Shown piece by piece: positions 1 through 14,380 of a stretch of 64,000 nt of DNA (its first letter is position 1; every line of letters begins with the position of its first letter). Where the stretch lies: the NCBI GenBank assembly GCA_023515725.1, contig JALDTO010000142.1:668361-732360 (forward strand). The letters are read 5' to 3'. Below the pieces are notes generated by a model, which was not told the DNA's origin, did no database searches, and worked only from the letters and a program-made list of their open reading frames with translations. The stretch is from Amoeboaphelidium protococcarum X5 (taxonomy: Eukaryota; Fungi; Aphelidiomycota). The position numbers and the translations under genes are program-made.

Positions 1-1
1 G

Positions 2-112
2 CAAGTGCATGGCTGGGTGTATCGCTTGTCCAATGGCCTCATCAATGACTTGAATATCACCGTGAAAGACTTGAAGAGCCTGGACAAGATTTATCAAATG
101 AACGAAAAATGA
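2..112 (+). CDS. 3' end of probable beta-carbonic anhydrase (partial)
   Basis: QVHGWVYRLSNGLINDL...MNEK-TGA matches the C-terminal vHGwvY..G.l.dL motif of beta-CAs. Confidence 0.65.
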   Translation, partial: QVHGWVYRLSNGLINDLNITVKDLKSLDKIYQMNEK

Positions 113-272
113 TTAGAATACAGTTTGGAATTAATGCTACTACTAATTATAATATCAATTTCACCCAAATACAAGTACTAATTACCACCATCATTCAACA
201 CACTGCTAGCATATAATCAAATAAAATCGCAAGTTTTAATTTCAACTACATCAGACAAACTGCATCTACTTC

Positions 273-1589
273 TCATACGATAGTTAGCCACTTGATCTAG
301 AAATCATCCTTGACACGGACAAGCAAATCATTAAAGTTGGCCTTCTTCTCATTCAACTGCTAAGTCTCCTTCTGTTGTTCATCAAAGTATTACTTCTTCT
401 CTTCATCAGACATACTTTTCCACTTCTATCCAATGTACGGAGTAATCTTGGTCAGGAGCTGTGTTGGATGATCTATAGGCAGAGAGCTAACATCCAGATC
501 TGGTAGCATTTTAAAGTTACCATCCGCATCAACACTCTAGAATACTTCCTTGACGAACAGTGAGTACGGACGGGCTGCTTAAAATTTCAAAGAGTTTTTA
601 GGATTCTTGACAATCTGGTCCTTCACATCATCATAGTTGGACACAAACTCTTCAAACTTTCTGGCCTTTTCAATACAATTGTTGTAAGCGAGAATCATGG
701 CATCGGTGAGCTTCAAGTTGAATTGCATCTCCTTCTCTGCAATGGCGTACTCTTTATGATCCTTCTCTAGGCGTTCATTTAACTTGCGCAACTCTTCAGC
801 CGGCAGAGCTCGGAATAACTCACGTTGATAAGAATTGACAGCTGTGAAGCGCAACTAATCAGGAAATTTCGCCTGTGCTTCTTGATATAATCTCTACTTT
901 GCCTCATCGCTAGCACCCTAATGAAGATCTTTGACAAATATGGAGAATGCAGAGACAGTTTTAACAGGAGGTTCGAAGGACAGCTCTTTGCGATTATATC
1001 TCCCCTTGTCAAAATCATCCACTTCCATATCGAGAATCTTTTGAGCATATACTGGCAGCAGCTCATCCTTCTTCATCCTCCACATCTATCTGAATTCATC
1101 CACACCACGGATACCATCCTTGATAGTCTCTCCCGCCTTGAGTTTCATCAGAATCTTCTCACGGATGAAGACTTTATACGGACTTCCTCTATCTAAGACC
1201 AGCTTATGCTTCAGCCGGCTCATATAATCTAGACGCTTGTAAATGACCCAGTGGGAGGCCAATGACTGGATTTCGTGTTTAAACTTTTCAGATTGACTCA
1301 GAGCAGCATACTCCTTGTTCGATTCGGATACGCTAAGGGCTTTACCATCAGCAGCAGGTGACTTTTAATCACTGCCAGCATTACTACCACTACTAGCCGC
1401 CGTCTTGCTCTGCATCTTCTTTCTCCTCTCATAGTAGAAAGCGGACAGCGGAGACATTGGCTGCAAATCCTTCACTCTCACAGCCAACTTCTTCTTGTGA
1501 GTCTTGCTAGTACTACTACTCCCTGTTCCTTGTTTCGAGGCAACAGAGGCAAAGCGGCGAGAAGCAGTCAAATAAAGATTGTACACCAT
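273..1589 (-). CDS. Multi-HMG-box protein, probably mitochondrial (ABF2/TFAM-like)
   Basis: 438 aa open frame with TAR=Gln. N-terminal presequence-like segment. HMG-like segments PMSPLSAFYYE, PVKTVSAFSIFVKD, RPYSLFVKE...IGQKWKSMSDEEKKQY. Confidence 0.75.
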
Positions 1590-1889
1590 ATTGCTAGAAC
1601 CAGTACAATATGATATGTGTATAAAATCCTTTGGATGAAATAAAAGGAATACGGTGTTCAATTGTTGTTGTTGTTTAAACCAGTTCAAGTCGTCGCCACT
1701 TTGAAACGAAAGAAAAGTGTTTCGCGTTTCACCTTTCAAGAACGAATCGCGAAAATTTTCATAGGTGAGGAAGAGAGAGAAAGACTTGTAATAGACCGTT
1801 ATCACGTGGCCAACGTTGGAAATATAAATTCAATATCACATTTCCATTTCCGCTTTATCCGAACTTTCCATACCGGTATTCGGCTTAGA

Positions 1890-2981
1890 ATGTTGAAGCG
1901 ATTGTATAGTGCACAAGCTAGTAAAGCGCCGTTGAGCGGCATGTTGAAGCGATAAAAAGTTACGCTGGATCATGTTAAAAAGTTGTATCACGATAGGACA
2001 CCTATAGCCATGTTGACTGCCACTGATTATCCATCCGCTCGGCTATGTGAAGTTCCGTATTAATAATATAAGAATCTGAATCCAAGCATTGATCCGTGTA
2101 TAGATATTGTTCTAGTTGGAGATTCTCTGGCAATGGTTGATCTGGGCCATGATGACACTGTGGAAGTAACTCTGGATCAGATGATACATCACTCCAAGGC
2201 GGTAAGGAGAGGTATAGGCAGACCGCTCCTAGTGACAGATATGCCCTTTGGAACATATAAAGTTTGTGAAAAATTAGCACTTTAGAATGCTTACCGTCTA
2301 TGCCAGGAAGCAGGAGTTGATGCAGTCAAGGTAGAAGGTGGTATTGGAGATGGCGTTGATTCAATTGTTAGAAATTTGGTTCGCGGTGGTGTGGCCACAA
2401 TGGCACATGTCGGACTAACACCTCAGACGTATAAACTATCAAGCGGGTACAAAGCACAAGGCACATCTGCCAAGAAGGCGTTCGAGATATTCCTAGACTC
2501 TATCGCTCTATAGGATGCAGGTGGATTCAGCATAGTTCTGGAATGTGTTCCTCATAGAGTAGCTCAAATTATCAGTCAAAATATTTCCATACCCACTATT
2601 GGAATCGGAGCAGGTTCCTCTATTTCGCAATACAATCACGATAATAATGGATCTGTAAATGGACAGGTGTTGGTTCAGTCTGACATGCTTGGCATATACG
2701 GGTATGAGCCAACTGGAGATGAACTCTCCCAAGATAGAGTCGAGAATGGCTAGTTCAACTTTAGTCAGTAGAACAAAATCTCTTTGCCAAAGTTTTGTTC
2801 TCAATTCGCACCAATAGGTGAAATATCTCATTATGCCATCACCGAGTATGCGTATAAGGTCAAATCTGGCTCATTTCCTAATAATGCTCAACACGGTTTC
2901 AAGATTCAAGACAAAGAATTTGAAAAGTTTGCGTCCAAAGTGGAACAGTACAAGAGCCGGCTCAATATATAGACTGCTTGA
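1890..2981 (+). CDS. ECM31: 3-methyl-2-oxobutanoate hydroxymethyltransferase
   Basis: [59 protein letters not shown] motifs; open with TAR=Gln. Confidence 0.95.
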
Positions 2982-3257
2982 TATATATTAAACTTTTTCC
3001 AAATTAAGTTTACCTTCTTTCATCAGTATAGTGCTTCTGTAGCTCAAACAACATCAGTAACATCATTAATGCGCATGAAATTCAAACATCGATCGATCCA
3101 AGCCGAGCGCGTTTCTTCTCACACGAATCTCTCTGAAACATCCATCATCATCCATTACTTGTTATTCTCTCTTGTCTGCTACTTTTGCTTTATACTGTAC
3201 ATATTATTATTAGTATATATTTATCGCGGTATCGTTTTGTGTAATTTTGGTTTGAAT

Positions 3258-4703
<1,446 letters not shown>

Positions 4704-4728
4704 GAATGTTGAATACTAAACATTACTA

Positions 4729-6462
4729 TCATTGTATATCCATTTCATATTCTTGTTAGTCAGACTAGTATTTAGTTTGCATCATGTTCTAAGCCAATAC
4801 TTCCGAGTCAAACCGCCCCTTTTTATCAAACAACTTTATCTACTTTCCCAATAGATCACAACACAATTTTCTCTTTGTTCCAGCGGTGGTAGAATCTACG
4901 GAATCTTGCGATATGTCAGCATCAATTTGCCGCGGAGTAGATTGCAGCAATAAACGGGCAAGATTCCAGTTGAAAAGTTCCTCTCTACTGACGCGATACT
5001 CTGGTTCAATCTATGCCTCCGGATCCATTTAATCACAGAGCGGCTACAAGAATGCCTAAATATTACAATCGGGAACTTTCAAGTCACCTTCCTTCAATCT
5101 CCAAAGCTTATGCAGCTATGCAGTGCCCATGTTAAACCGTGCTTTGTAAATTTATGGAGACTCCAAAGGCAACATCTCAAGCATATCAGATGGCGGCTTT
5201 TCATATGACGGACATTGTTCTTATTTCCACTGTATCCACTGGTCTTCCTACTTGAATACCAGCCTCAAAAAACTTCCATAGGACTTGTATTTGACAGAAC
5301 GATTAAAAGAATTTAATATCGCAATGGCCAGCGAGTCAATCCAGTCCAATTCCTTCTTGTCATCCTTGGAAGGACTAGCCGAAGGTTACTACTTGGCTAT
5401 AGTAAAATGATTACGCAGATATCTCAGAAATATCAATGATTAAGTTAGAATCTGAGCTATAAAGACGTCATCGACCATTTACAGATCAAATACAGACTTG
5501 GACGTAAGATACTTTTACGTGTAGTTCCAACCACTATCTCCATTAGATTTAACATTGGCATCTTGCTTCATAGCCGCCACCAAGTTATGAACTACAACTT
5601 CAAGCACGCGCTTCATCTGAACATACAATTTTTGAGATAAATAGGTAACACCGGCCGATGCTTAGGGACAAAACTTGGGAGGATTAGAGAAGAACTCCTA
5701 ACATCGCCAGAGGAGAGAGTATAAAGCTGAATTATCAGGATCGTCTGTGATGGTCCTCAAGTCCAATGGCACATCCATTCCATCATAAGACGTGACATTA
5801 TCAGTGTGAAACGCGCGCCCGAGATTCAGACCGCTCCGATCATTCGTAGGAAAGACATTGGCGAGCAGCATCAGAATCTTGCCGCAGCTCTGAGCGTCTC
5901 GTTCGCTGATTGAGGAGACCCGTCGGAGAAGTTCATTGCACAGACGAAGTAGTACCAGTGAGCCTCCTCTATTAGGCTGCAGTTTTTTGGTGACTCTCTT
6001 TAAATGAGTAATTATGAAATCGATAATCCGGATACCAGTATCGTTATCAGATATATCCACAGTCCATTCAGCCATTTAAAGGAAACATTAATCACTGACG
6101 AAGCCATCATCTTGCACCAGGAGAACCAAGTCTAGAATTCGCACCAGTTGATCCGCGTCATTCTGCTGTTCCATAATCATTTCTCTGATTGCAATCTCAA
6201 ACCATACGCCGGCATAATTAGGTTGCTGTACTTGAGTTGATGGCAGTTAAATTGTAGTCATAGGAGATGTTGTGGTCATTTCGGAACTAATGCTGTCTTG
6301 TCTACTAACACTGATGCTATTCACTCCATTATTGGATAACTTTAGATGCTCGCGAAGTTGTTCTAGGATTGACTAACAATCGTTACTATTTTCTTTATTG
6401 AGGTACTCATCTAAAAGCTATCTGTAAATAGAAAGCTAGTCATTAAGACATGTGACGCGCAT
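4729..6462 (-). CDS. THOC1: THO complex subunit 1 (Hpr1/THOC1)
   Basis: LLRLCNELLRRVS...CGKILMLLANVFP..DRSGLN; 577 aa open frame. Confidence 0.85.
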
Positions 6463-6766
6463 TTTCACTAACGTTTTATCAAGTAAATTATTGAAGGTTC
6501 CAAGAAGAAGAAGTTATGAAAAAACTAAACAAGACGAATCACGCGTTTAATCAAAACCACTATTATCTTTATTGACCATCAGCATCATCATTACTTAATT
6601 CAATTAAAGCGCCCAAAGGAACTCAGAGTTCGCGGCTGCAGCAGGTTTCTTTGACGTTGTTTGAGCCCAGCCAAGATGACTAAGTTTACATTTTATCTGG
6701 CCACGGTGCAGTATACGTAACAATGATACATTTCAGCGAAGTTAGTTTACCTGTACATTGTAGTCT

Positions 6767-8731
6767 TCAAACAGTTATCCAGAGAAAATGAATGAGCAAA
6801 GCGAACATTATCATCTTATAATGCGACAACGATAGCAAGGCTCGTCCTGGGTCATTAGACGTAGAAGTTGGCGTTGCTGTGAACGCCATCGTAGTAGTGG
6901 ACATTAAATTTGACTTTGTAGGTGAAGCAGCTGTTGTGGTAATTGGGATTTTAGGCGTCGTTGTAGTAACCGTCTTTGTAGCTGAAATAGTAGGCAATCT
7001 AGTAGAAGGCGTCCCCGCAGCAGTGATAGTCAAACTATTCGCAGTAATCGTAGTCTATGTCGTCAAAGTCGAGGTAAATGATGTCTGCACAGTCGCGGTA
7101 GAGGAAGTCGTCGTCGTCGTAGTAGTAGTACTTGTAGTCGTGGTCGTTGTAGTAGTAGTTGTCGTGGTCGTAGTAGTTGTAGTTGTTGTAGTTGTTGTCG
7201 TGGTTGTAGGAGGAGTAGGAACACTTAGACCGTCCAAGTACTTAGCAAATACCATACCACTAGCAGTTGTTGGCAAATTCGCGACTTGATTAGATGCACT
7301 ATCAAAGAATGCGGACGCGCCATTAAAAGTACCCGCAATAACTAGACTATTATTCAACCCCTCCAGTAGAGCATTGACACTGATACCATTAGAGCCACGG
7401 AAACTATACAAAAACTTTCCGGATGGATTAAACTTCAATACAGTCGACGGAGATGATACAATTATCGTGCTGTTATCAAATCCATCAGTCACCACTGCAG
7501 AGGACGATGAGAACTTAATTGCCACATACACATTAGAATCAGTATCAACTGCACTACTAACCGCTTGATCGTCGCCATATCCTTCCATTGTTGCAACGTA
7601 TGTAAGAGAACCGTCCGGGCTATAAGTCGCCACAAATGCACTAGACCCTGCTTGACTGTTATCCACTTCGCGGATCGACTATCCGTTTGAATCATAGAAT
7701 CTAAGAGGTGACGATGTGTTCTAAAACTTACCCACAAGAGTGACATTTCCGTTTGGTGACACACTCAGTGCTGATGGTGAAGCTTAAGAATCGTCAATAC
7801 GAACCAGCCATTAGAAGTAACCTGCGGTGCTGAACTTGGCCAGAAACGTTGCAGACTTCAAAATCATATTGCTCTGTTATGTAATGTTCAGCGAAGTATA
7901 TGGATCGCGAATACCAAGTAAGCCAATAGGAGTCTTGTAACCATTCTGCACAGTATCCCCAAAAGTGAACGTGCCAGCAACATAAACATCACCAGTGGCT
8001 TAAGACACGGCAATAGCAGATTCACAAAATGCGGTTGCAGCATACCCAATATTTACTTTCCATTGCTGATTAGTACTTGGATTGATCTTGCGCAAGTTGC
8101 AGACAGTAGTTGTTGTACTGAATGACGATCCATTGTACACATAAGATAGAGCCTAGTTAGCTGTTGACAACTGAAAGATATTGTTCTCCGCATCAACTGC
8201 AAGCCCTTTAATTGCAGAAAATTCATCAGACAAGAATTCAGCCCATAGAAATTGACCTTGACGCGACCATTTAGCCTGCCATGAGGTTGTTGTACCTTGC
8301 GACAACGTATAGTCTAGCTACCCATTAAAGTAAAAGCTCAAAGAAGCAGCGGAAGATTAAAGTTGACCCGTGGCGATCAGATTACCCAGATTATCCGTGG
8401 TCAACTAATAGCTATAGGCGCTTTGAGGTCCAGACATGGAGATGGTCCACAGAATCTTGCCAGTAGATCCGCTTACCTTCACAAACGAAGATGAAAACTG
8501 GCCATAGTTGAAGTTCTGTGTATTCTGAACAGCACCGCCAAAAGAGGTGGCAAACTAAGACTGAACTCCTACATACCAATAGGAGACAATGAAATCGCCA
8601 TAAGAATCAGTCACAGTATCAACGTAGCTATTCCAGTTGTTAGATAGCGTGCCCACCCAAGAGACGTTGGCATATTGACTCACCACAGCCGTTGCAATGT
8701 AGCAGATGATTAGGATCACAGACATAAGCAT
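6767..8731 (-). CDS. Secreted beta-propeller (SBBP-like repeats) with Thr-rich stalk and hydrophobic C-terminus (GPI/TM anchor)
   Basis: Signal peptide MLMSVILIICYIATAVVS; about 7 'D..GN.yvaG' repeats; poly-Thr; C-terminal IMFALLIHFLWITV; 654 aa. Confidence 0.8.
7099..7210 (-). repeat. Degenerate (ACN)n trinucleotide repeat encoding poly-Thr mucin-like stalk
   Basis: gtc/gta/gtt/gtg repeats on + strand. Confidence 0.9.
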
Positions 8732-9533
8732 TAGTTTTGTAAGATCAGATTGAATTGGTCACTAAATTCAGTTCAGATAAGAAAATACCTATTGAAATAA
8801 GGTGCAGTAGATGAGATCAGGGACATGCGTTGGTAAGAGTATTTGTAATCAATGCAACATCATTAAGCTAAATTTAGCGTTTTTCAGAATATTCTGCAAC
8901 TACAGGCATCATTTGTCACCATGATGAATTGATCAATGGAGCTCCGTTGTAATATATCACTTTGAAATATATTAATAGCATAGACACGTTCAGTCAAAGT
9001 CTGAAGTGAAAGAATTAACAATTTGAGTACTACAGTGGTGGCGCTTCATACATAATGCTGTTCGTACGACTCTTGGGCTTGCCTTACGTTAACATGAGGC
9101 CGTTCAAAGTCCTATGTTGAAATGGAAAAATCACGAATATCAAAAGAACTGGTGTGTAAGCTGTTTTATGCCACTCTGGATATAGTAGCAGAATAGTTAC
9201 GTTAGATTATTAACCGCGTAGATCGTATGGGGGAGAAACAGCGCACATTGATCAATCAAAGAACCATGAACATATGAACATCAATTTAAGTAGAATCATG
9301 AAAATTTACAGTGCCCATATCCATAATAAATCATGCACAGGCTTCTCATCATTGGACATTTTTACTGCATCAAAACACGTGTTTTAAGGTAAGCATCATC
9401 CTTTTCAATGACGTAGTTGAATCACCTGCGTGGTATAAAGTTCCCGTTTCGATTGCGTCACTTTTAGTCTTTATTGTCTTTACAACGTATAATTTACTCT
9501 TTTTAATAAATATCATTAAGCTAAACGAACGCT

Positions 9534-10334
9534 ATGAATACCGTAAAGATATCTATCGCTTTGGCCTTGTTAGTTTCGGTGCTTGCCGTTCCAACAATCT
9601 CTGATATCAATGATGCACTTGGCCTTGATTACTCTCAGTCTCCCCCTGATCAGTGTCCTCCTACTGGTTTGCGCTCAGTTCCAAACTTGAACTTGACTGC
9701 CTACACATCTGACCGTTGGTTTGTCCAGTATCAGACTGCCAACTCTTACCAGTCTCCTGATCAGTTGTTTTGTGTGTCTGCATATTACAAGATTCAGTCT
9801 GTTGGTCAGGATCCTTCCTGGTTCAATTCCTTCTTCAGATGGATCAGATATGGCCCCGGTGTAACCACTATTGATGTGTACAACTACGCTAACCGTGGTG
9901 TGAATGGTGAAGTTACTCAAGGTAATCTGTCAGCTATTGCTCTTGACGCGTAGAACAATCCTGGAGACCTGTTGGTTGGTCCTGGGTTCCTTCCTCGTTG
10001 GTTCTATGGTCCTTACACCATTGTGGCTGCATATCCCGGACCGGATAGATACGACTGGGCAATCATTAGCGGCGGTCTACCTAAGAATAAGAATGCTACT
10101 ACTGGATACTGCAGTACTAACAGCGCTGCATCCTCCACTGTTTTTGATAATGGAAACGATCAAGGTTTTTGGTTCTTCCACCGCAAACAAGTAGCATCTG
10201 CATCTGAGATTGACACAATGTTCAAAACTGCCAAGGCTCTTGGATACGAGACTGGTAGCTTGATCAAGGTGTAGCAAGACGGTTGTGAGTACAAGAATAT
10301 CCAGTTTGGCGTTGATCCTACTTCTTCAGAGTGA
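9534..10334 (+). CDS. Secreted lipocalin-like protein
   Basis: Signal peptide; NLTAYTSDRWFVQ, LFCVSAYY, GPYTIVA..DRYDWAIISGG, GFWFFHR; the two track ORFs join through TAG codons. Confidence 0.75.
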
Positions 10335-10430
10335 TTTTTGAATCACATTGTCGCTTTTACTGTATTTGAAATGAAGAATGAATGAATGAAAATAATATTA
10401 TTGAAATATATATTGAGTCCTGAGATTTAC

Positions 10431-11654
10431 TCATTCTATCACCGCAGTGGCATAGTTGAGCACTGCGCGAATTCCATTTATCCCTTTTAAGATTAGCTCC
10501 ATTGAAGGATTTTCACTCTGTTAAATCAGCTCAATCTCGGCACTGAATTGAGATACAGCAGCATCGTGAATGCGTTATAACTCAACAGTACCACATTTCA
10601 AGTCTTTACATAAAGCCAGTAATCTCTCAATCTTGAATATCAAATGTCGATTCAATCTTCCATCCGAAATCCAACCATCGCTATCAATATTCTAAATGTC
10701 CATTATCAAAGTTATGATTTCTCCTCGCACAGCTTCATCTTAGAGCTTATTCATGCCGCCTTCGTTAGGGATATACGGTGTGGCATTGTTATCTCCGTCA
10801 TAAAAGGACTAAGTAACCACATGATGAGATGCACTCAGCATTGAAGGTACTCTGACCTGAATAGATTCACGATTGATCGACGGGTCAATGAAAGACTCTC
10901 TAGCAGCATCTTGGAAATTGTAAGAGGCAAACTCAGAATTTGGACGATCTTAACTAAGTGCAGATGGGGTGAGAGGAGACGTGTTGAAGCGCGTAAGTCT
11001 AAATGATTTCTTCACTGCTGGAGGCAAAGTCTCAACAAACTCTGGTTATGATAAGGCAGATGTACTGAGAGACTTTGTAATGAGCATGTTCTTTTTAATC
11101 TATGTTGTCCAAAAATATCCAGTGATTCCATTCAAGAGTTTAAGCCAGCACTCAGTCTCCTGAATTGAGTCGCTGACAATGTACATTTCGAAAATGCCAT
11201 TAACTTCGCCGGCATTACACCTGATCATCAACAGATCTCCCTGCACCGAGGCATATCGCGCCCTGTTGAAAGCATTAGCCAGCGAAGACATAAAGCCAGT
11301 CTCTTCTTTACTCTCACTCTGCAGAATATCAAAATCTTCGGCAAGTGTTCGATTCTTTACGCGTCTAATACTATCCAGCTGGTGAGCATTAATCTAGCAA
11401 ATTGGCAAGTGATTAGATTCGGCTGAAACAGCAGCAGACTTGTAAAAAGATAATTTCTCAGACACTTCGTCCCATCTGAGGTGCATCCTCTTCCAGCTTG
11501 CTTGTTGATTTACCACATCTATCAGCTGTTTCAGCCAAAGATTTGAGACTTTTGCATCTGAGCGTATCGAAACATTGTTAAATCTTGCATATACATATCC
11601 TTGATATCCCTGCGGCAGATTATTGATACTTCCACTATTCTTTCGCGCCCACAT
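10431..11654 (-). CDS. Hypothetical protein (407 aa)
   Basis: ATG-to-TGA open frame under TAR=Gln; family not recognised. Confidence 0.65.
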
Positions 11655-11799
11655 TTTTTTATATAATGCTATTGTAATAAATTGGGTTTTTATATATGAA
11701 AAAGGTTTAATTGAATCTATTAATAAACTACAATTACTGGGCAGTTAAAATCGGAGAGTTTGATTGTGTGACGTTATTTTCAGCTTCGCGGATCTAAAT

Positions 11800-12881
11800 A
11801 TGGCATCCTAAACAGAGTTCACTTTCAATGGCTTCCTCGCTGGCATATTATCTGGTAGGAAAGTATCATTGATAAATATTGAATCCCCTCATTATTAAAT
11901 CGGAAGAATGTGTAGGTATAACCAAGCTGTTTGTCGGTCAGCCATTTGATACGATCAAAGTTAGGATGCAGACTTAAACGAGAGCGTTCAACTCGTCCAC
12001 TCTCAATGCCGCCCGGTAGACTCTGATCAAGGAAGGTCTACGAGGATTCTACAAAGGTAGCTCGCCTCCTATCTTTGGATGGATCCTTATGGACAGTGTC
12101 GGACTGGGTAGTTTGGAGAATTATCGGAGGATGCTGCGGCAGTATAATGTCAATAATGGTCACCGGAAGGATTCCTCGCTCTCGTACCTACAGCATGGAA
12201 TCGCGGGAACTCTCTCCGGACTGACGGTCACATTTGTCGCCACTCCCATTGAACTTCTCAAGGCCCAGATGCAGATACAGTATAGCAGTGACACCACAAT
12301 ATATCGATCGCCACTCCACTGTGCCCAATATATCCTAAAGAATGATGGAATATTTGGTATGTGGCGAGGTTTGAGCGGAAATTTTTTATTTAGAGGCCAG
12401 TTCTGCTTCCTATGGTCATCGTATTAGTTCTATTATGACTGGATAAAGTAGTATGATTTTGTCTCATCATAGTTCATACCGCTGATATGTGGTGGCTTAT
12501 CAGCAAACACTTTCTGGTGTATTGCGTTTCCTGGTAAGATTATCATCATCATTGGAGATTAGATATCTATAATCATTCGACTGCAATCAATGTAGCTGAT
12601 GTTATTAAGAATAGAATGATGTGCGCAGACTTGCGATAAAGGCGATATTTGACGGTGGTTGAAGTGGCAAAACAGGTTTACAAAAGCGGTAACATATTGA
12701 TTGCTCTTGATGAAAACTTCATTTCATGCATAAGCGCGTATCTACTCATTATTGTTCATGTGTAGGAGGAGTCAAAGCATTTTACCGCGGATTTCTGCCC
12801 TGTATTCTGAGATCATTCCCAACCAATGGCGCTGCTCTATATGTGTATCACCTTGTGTTTAATACGTTAGAATAGTAATGA
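11800..12881 (+). CDS. Mitochondrial carrier (SLC25, ornithine/carnitine carrier-like), 3 introns (11855-11915, 12534-12595, 12689-12765)
   Basis: PFDTIKVRMQ, PIELLKAQMQ and PADVIKNRM signatures; GT...TGTAG introns restore the frame. Confidence 0.9.
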
Positions 12882-12993
12882 TAATAACCGTGATGAGATT
12901 AACTTGATCATTCATTTGTTGTTGAATCACTTGATCTTTCACTTTTACTCCTGATGATAAAACTGAAGTTTAAACTTCTCTTCTCCTCTGAAA

Positions 12994-13797
12994 ATGCATT
13001 TCTTTATTGTAAATATCATCTTGACTTTCTTACTAGGAATCAACTTAATTATTATTGGAATATCTGCTTAGAATATGAATACTTTTTCAATTTAAAGACC
13101 GTATAAACTAGAGTCGATGACTGGTGGGTGTAATGCAAAAGATGTGATGATCCATGTGACAACAGAGAAGATAATACCGAATGTTAATGAACTGTAGAAT
13201 GCACTCGCAAACACCCAGTTCACCATCAAGTATCAATCTGATGCATGGAAAGAGTCTTATCCAATGTAGAATGAATTAATTCTGAGTTAGAAGAATGGCG
13301 ATGCGGTGTAGATCAAGTTATGGGAACAGGTGATTGACATTGTAAGAAAGCAGTTGAATTTGATGGGATTTGAAGAACTGGATGGACAGTCAGTTGCCGG
13401 TATTCAGCAATAACAATAATAATAGTAATCAACCCAGCCGCCATTAGAGTATCAGATGCATAGTATGGGTGATACTGAAAAGCCATAGGATCAAGTAGAT
13501 AGTCAGTTCGTATCATTTGTTCTATATGTTGATATCCCTCAGCGGGAATAGGTATCTCATCATCTTCAGTAATCTTTGAAGGAGTTGTTGTCCTCTAGTA
13601 AAAATAATAATTCGGGGCTTTAATTCAAGTCAGCTGAGCCTCAGTGGGATGGTCAATGGCTTGATACCGCTCCGAGACTGTAGACGTATTATCTGCTGAG
13701 ATTCCCGTCAGATGCTAGCCAAGTTCAAATTGGACGCGACTGCGACACTTTTAAAGCTTATCTAGAGCAAGTGATGGGATTCACTCAGGTTGGCTGA
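12994..13797 (+). CDS. Secreted hypothetical protein (267 aa) with poly-Gln
   Basis: Hydrophobic N-terminus MHFFIVNIILTFLLGINLIIIGISA; open only with TAR=Gln; absent from the ORF track. Confidence 0.7.
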
Positions 13798-13907
13798 TTA
13801 TGGTTTTGGGCTTGGTGTACGTACAGTTAAAAGGATATATATTACTATGTGGATGAATCTATAATACAAATTTTATCTATCTCATCGTGTCATCATGTCA
13901 TGTCATG

Positions 13908-14258
13908 TCATGTCATTGTGGATTTATAGCCTTCTTTTATAAGCTTTAATTCTTCTTCGTTCCAAATATTTTATTAACCAGGGTGGTGGTGTTTATATAA
14001 TTTCTACAATTACTGAGTGTACTCCTTCATCTAGTCGTCGTATACGGTATAGACACACATCACGCATCCATCTCCACAACAATCATCAGCATCGGGCTCA
14101 ACAGGCCGCACCGGTTTCCTCACTGACTATTATTATAATTATCTTTATTATTACTATACTATTTGTGATGATGAAAACTTTGCAGATATTTGCAGCCGTG
14201 ATAAGGTCCAACTTGTACGGCATAATCTGCTCCATACAAGCGGATATAATAAAGTCAT
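13908..14258 (-). CDS. Oxidoreductase-like domain protein (OXLD1-like)
   Basis: PVEPDADDCCGDGCVMCVYTVYDDQMKEY motif after a presequence-like N-terminus. Confidence 0.8.
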
Positions 14259-14380
14259 TCGCTAATATCGAAGGAACTCTAAGAGGAAAAACGATATGTG
14301 AGGAGATTCAATTCAAGATCAAGTCACAATGTCACAATAATTGAAATCTATAAGAATTGATGTACAAATACTCATTCTAT

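Noticed and set aside
6879-7289. Poly-Val membrane protein ORF on + strand
   Set aside because: Antisense shadow of the poly-Thr stalk
13889-13916. (CATGT)n microsatellite
   Set aside because: Short simple repeat at the OXLD1-like stop; no sign of a larger structure
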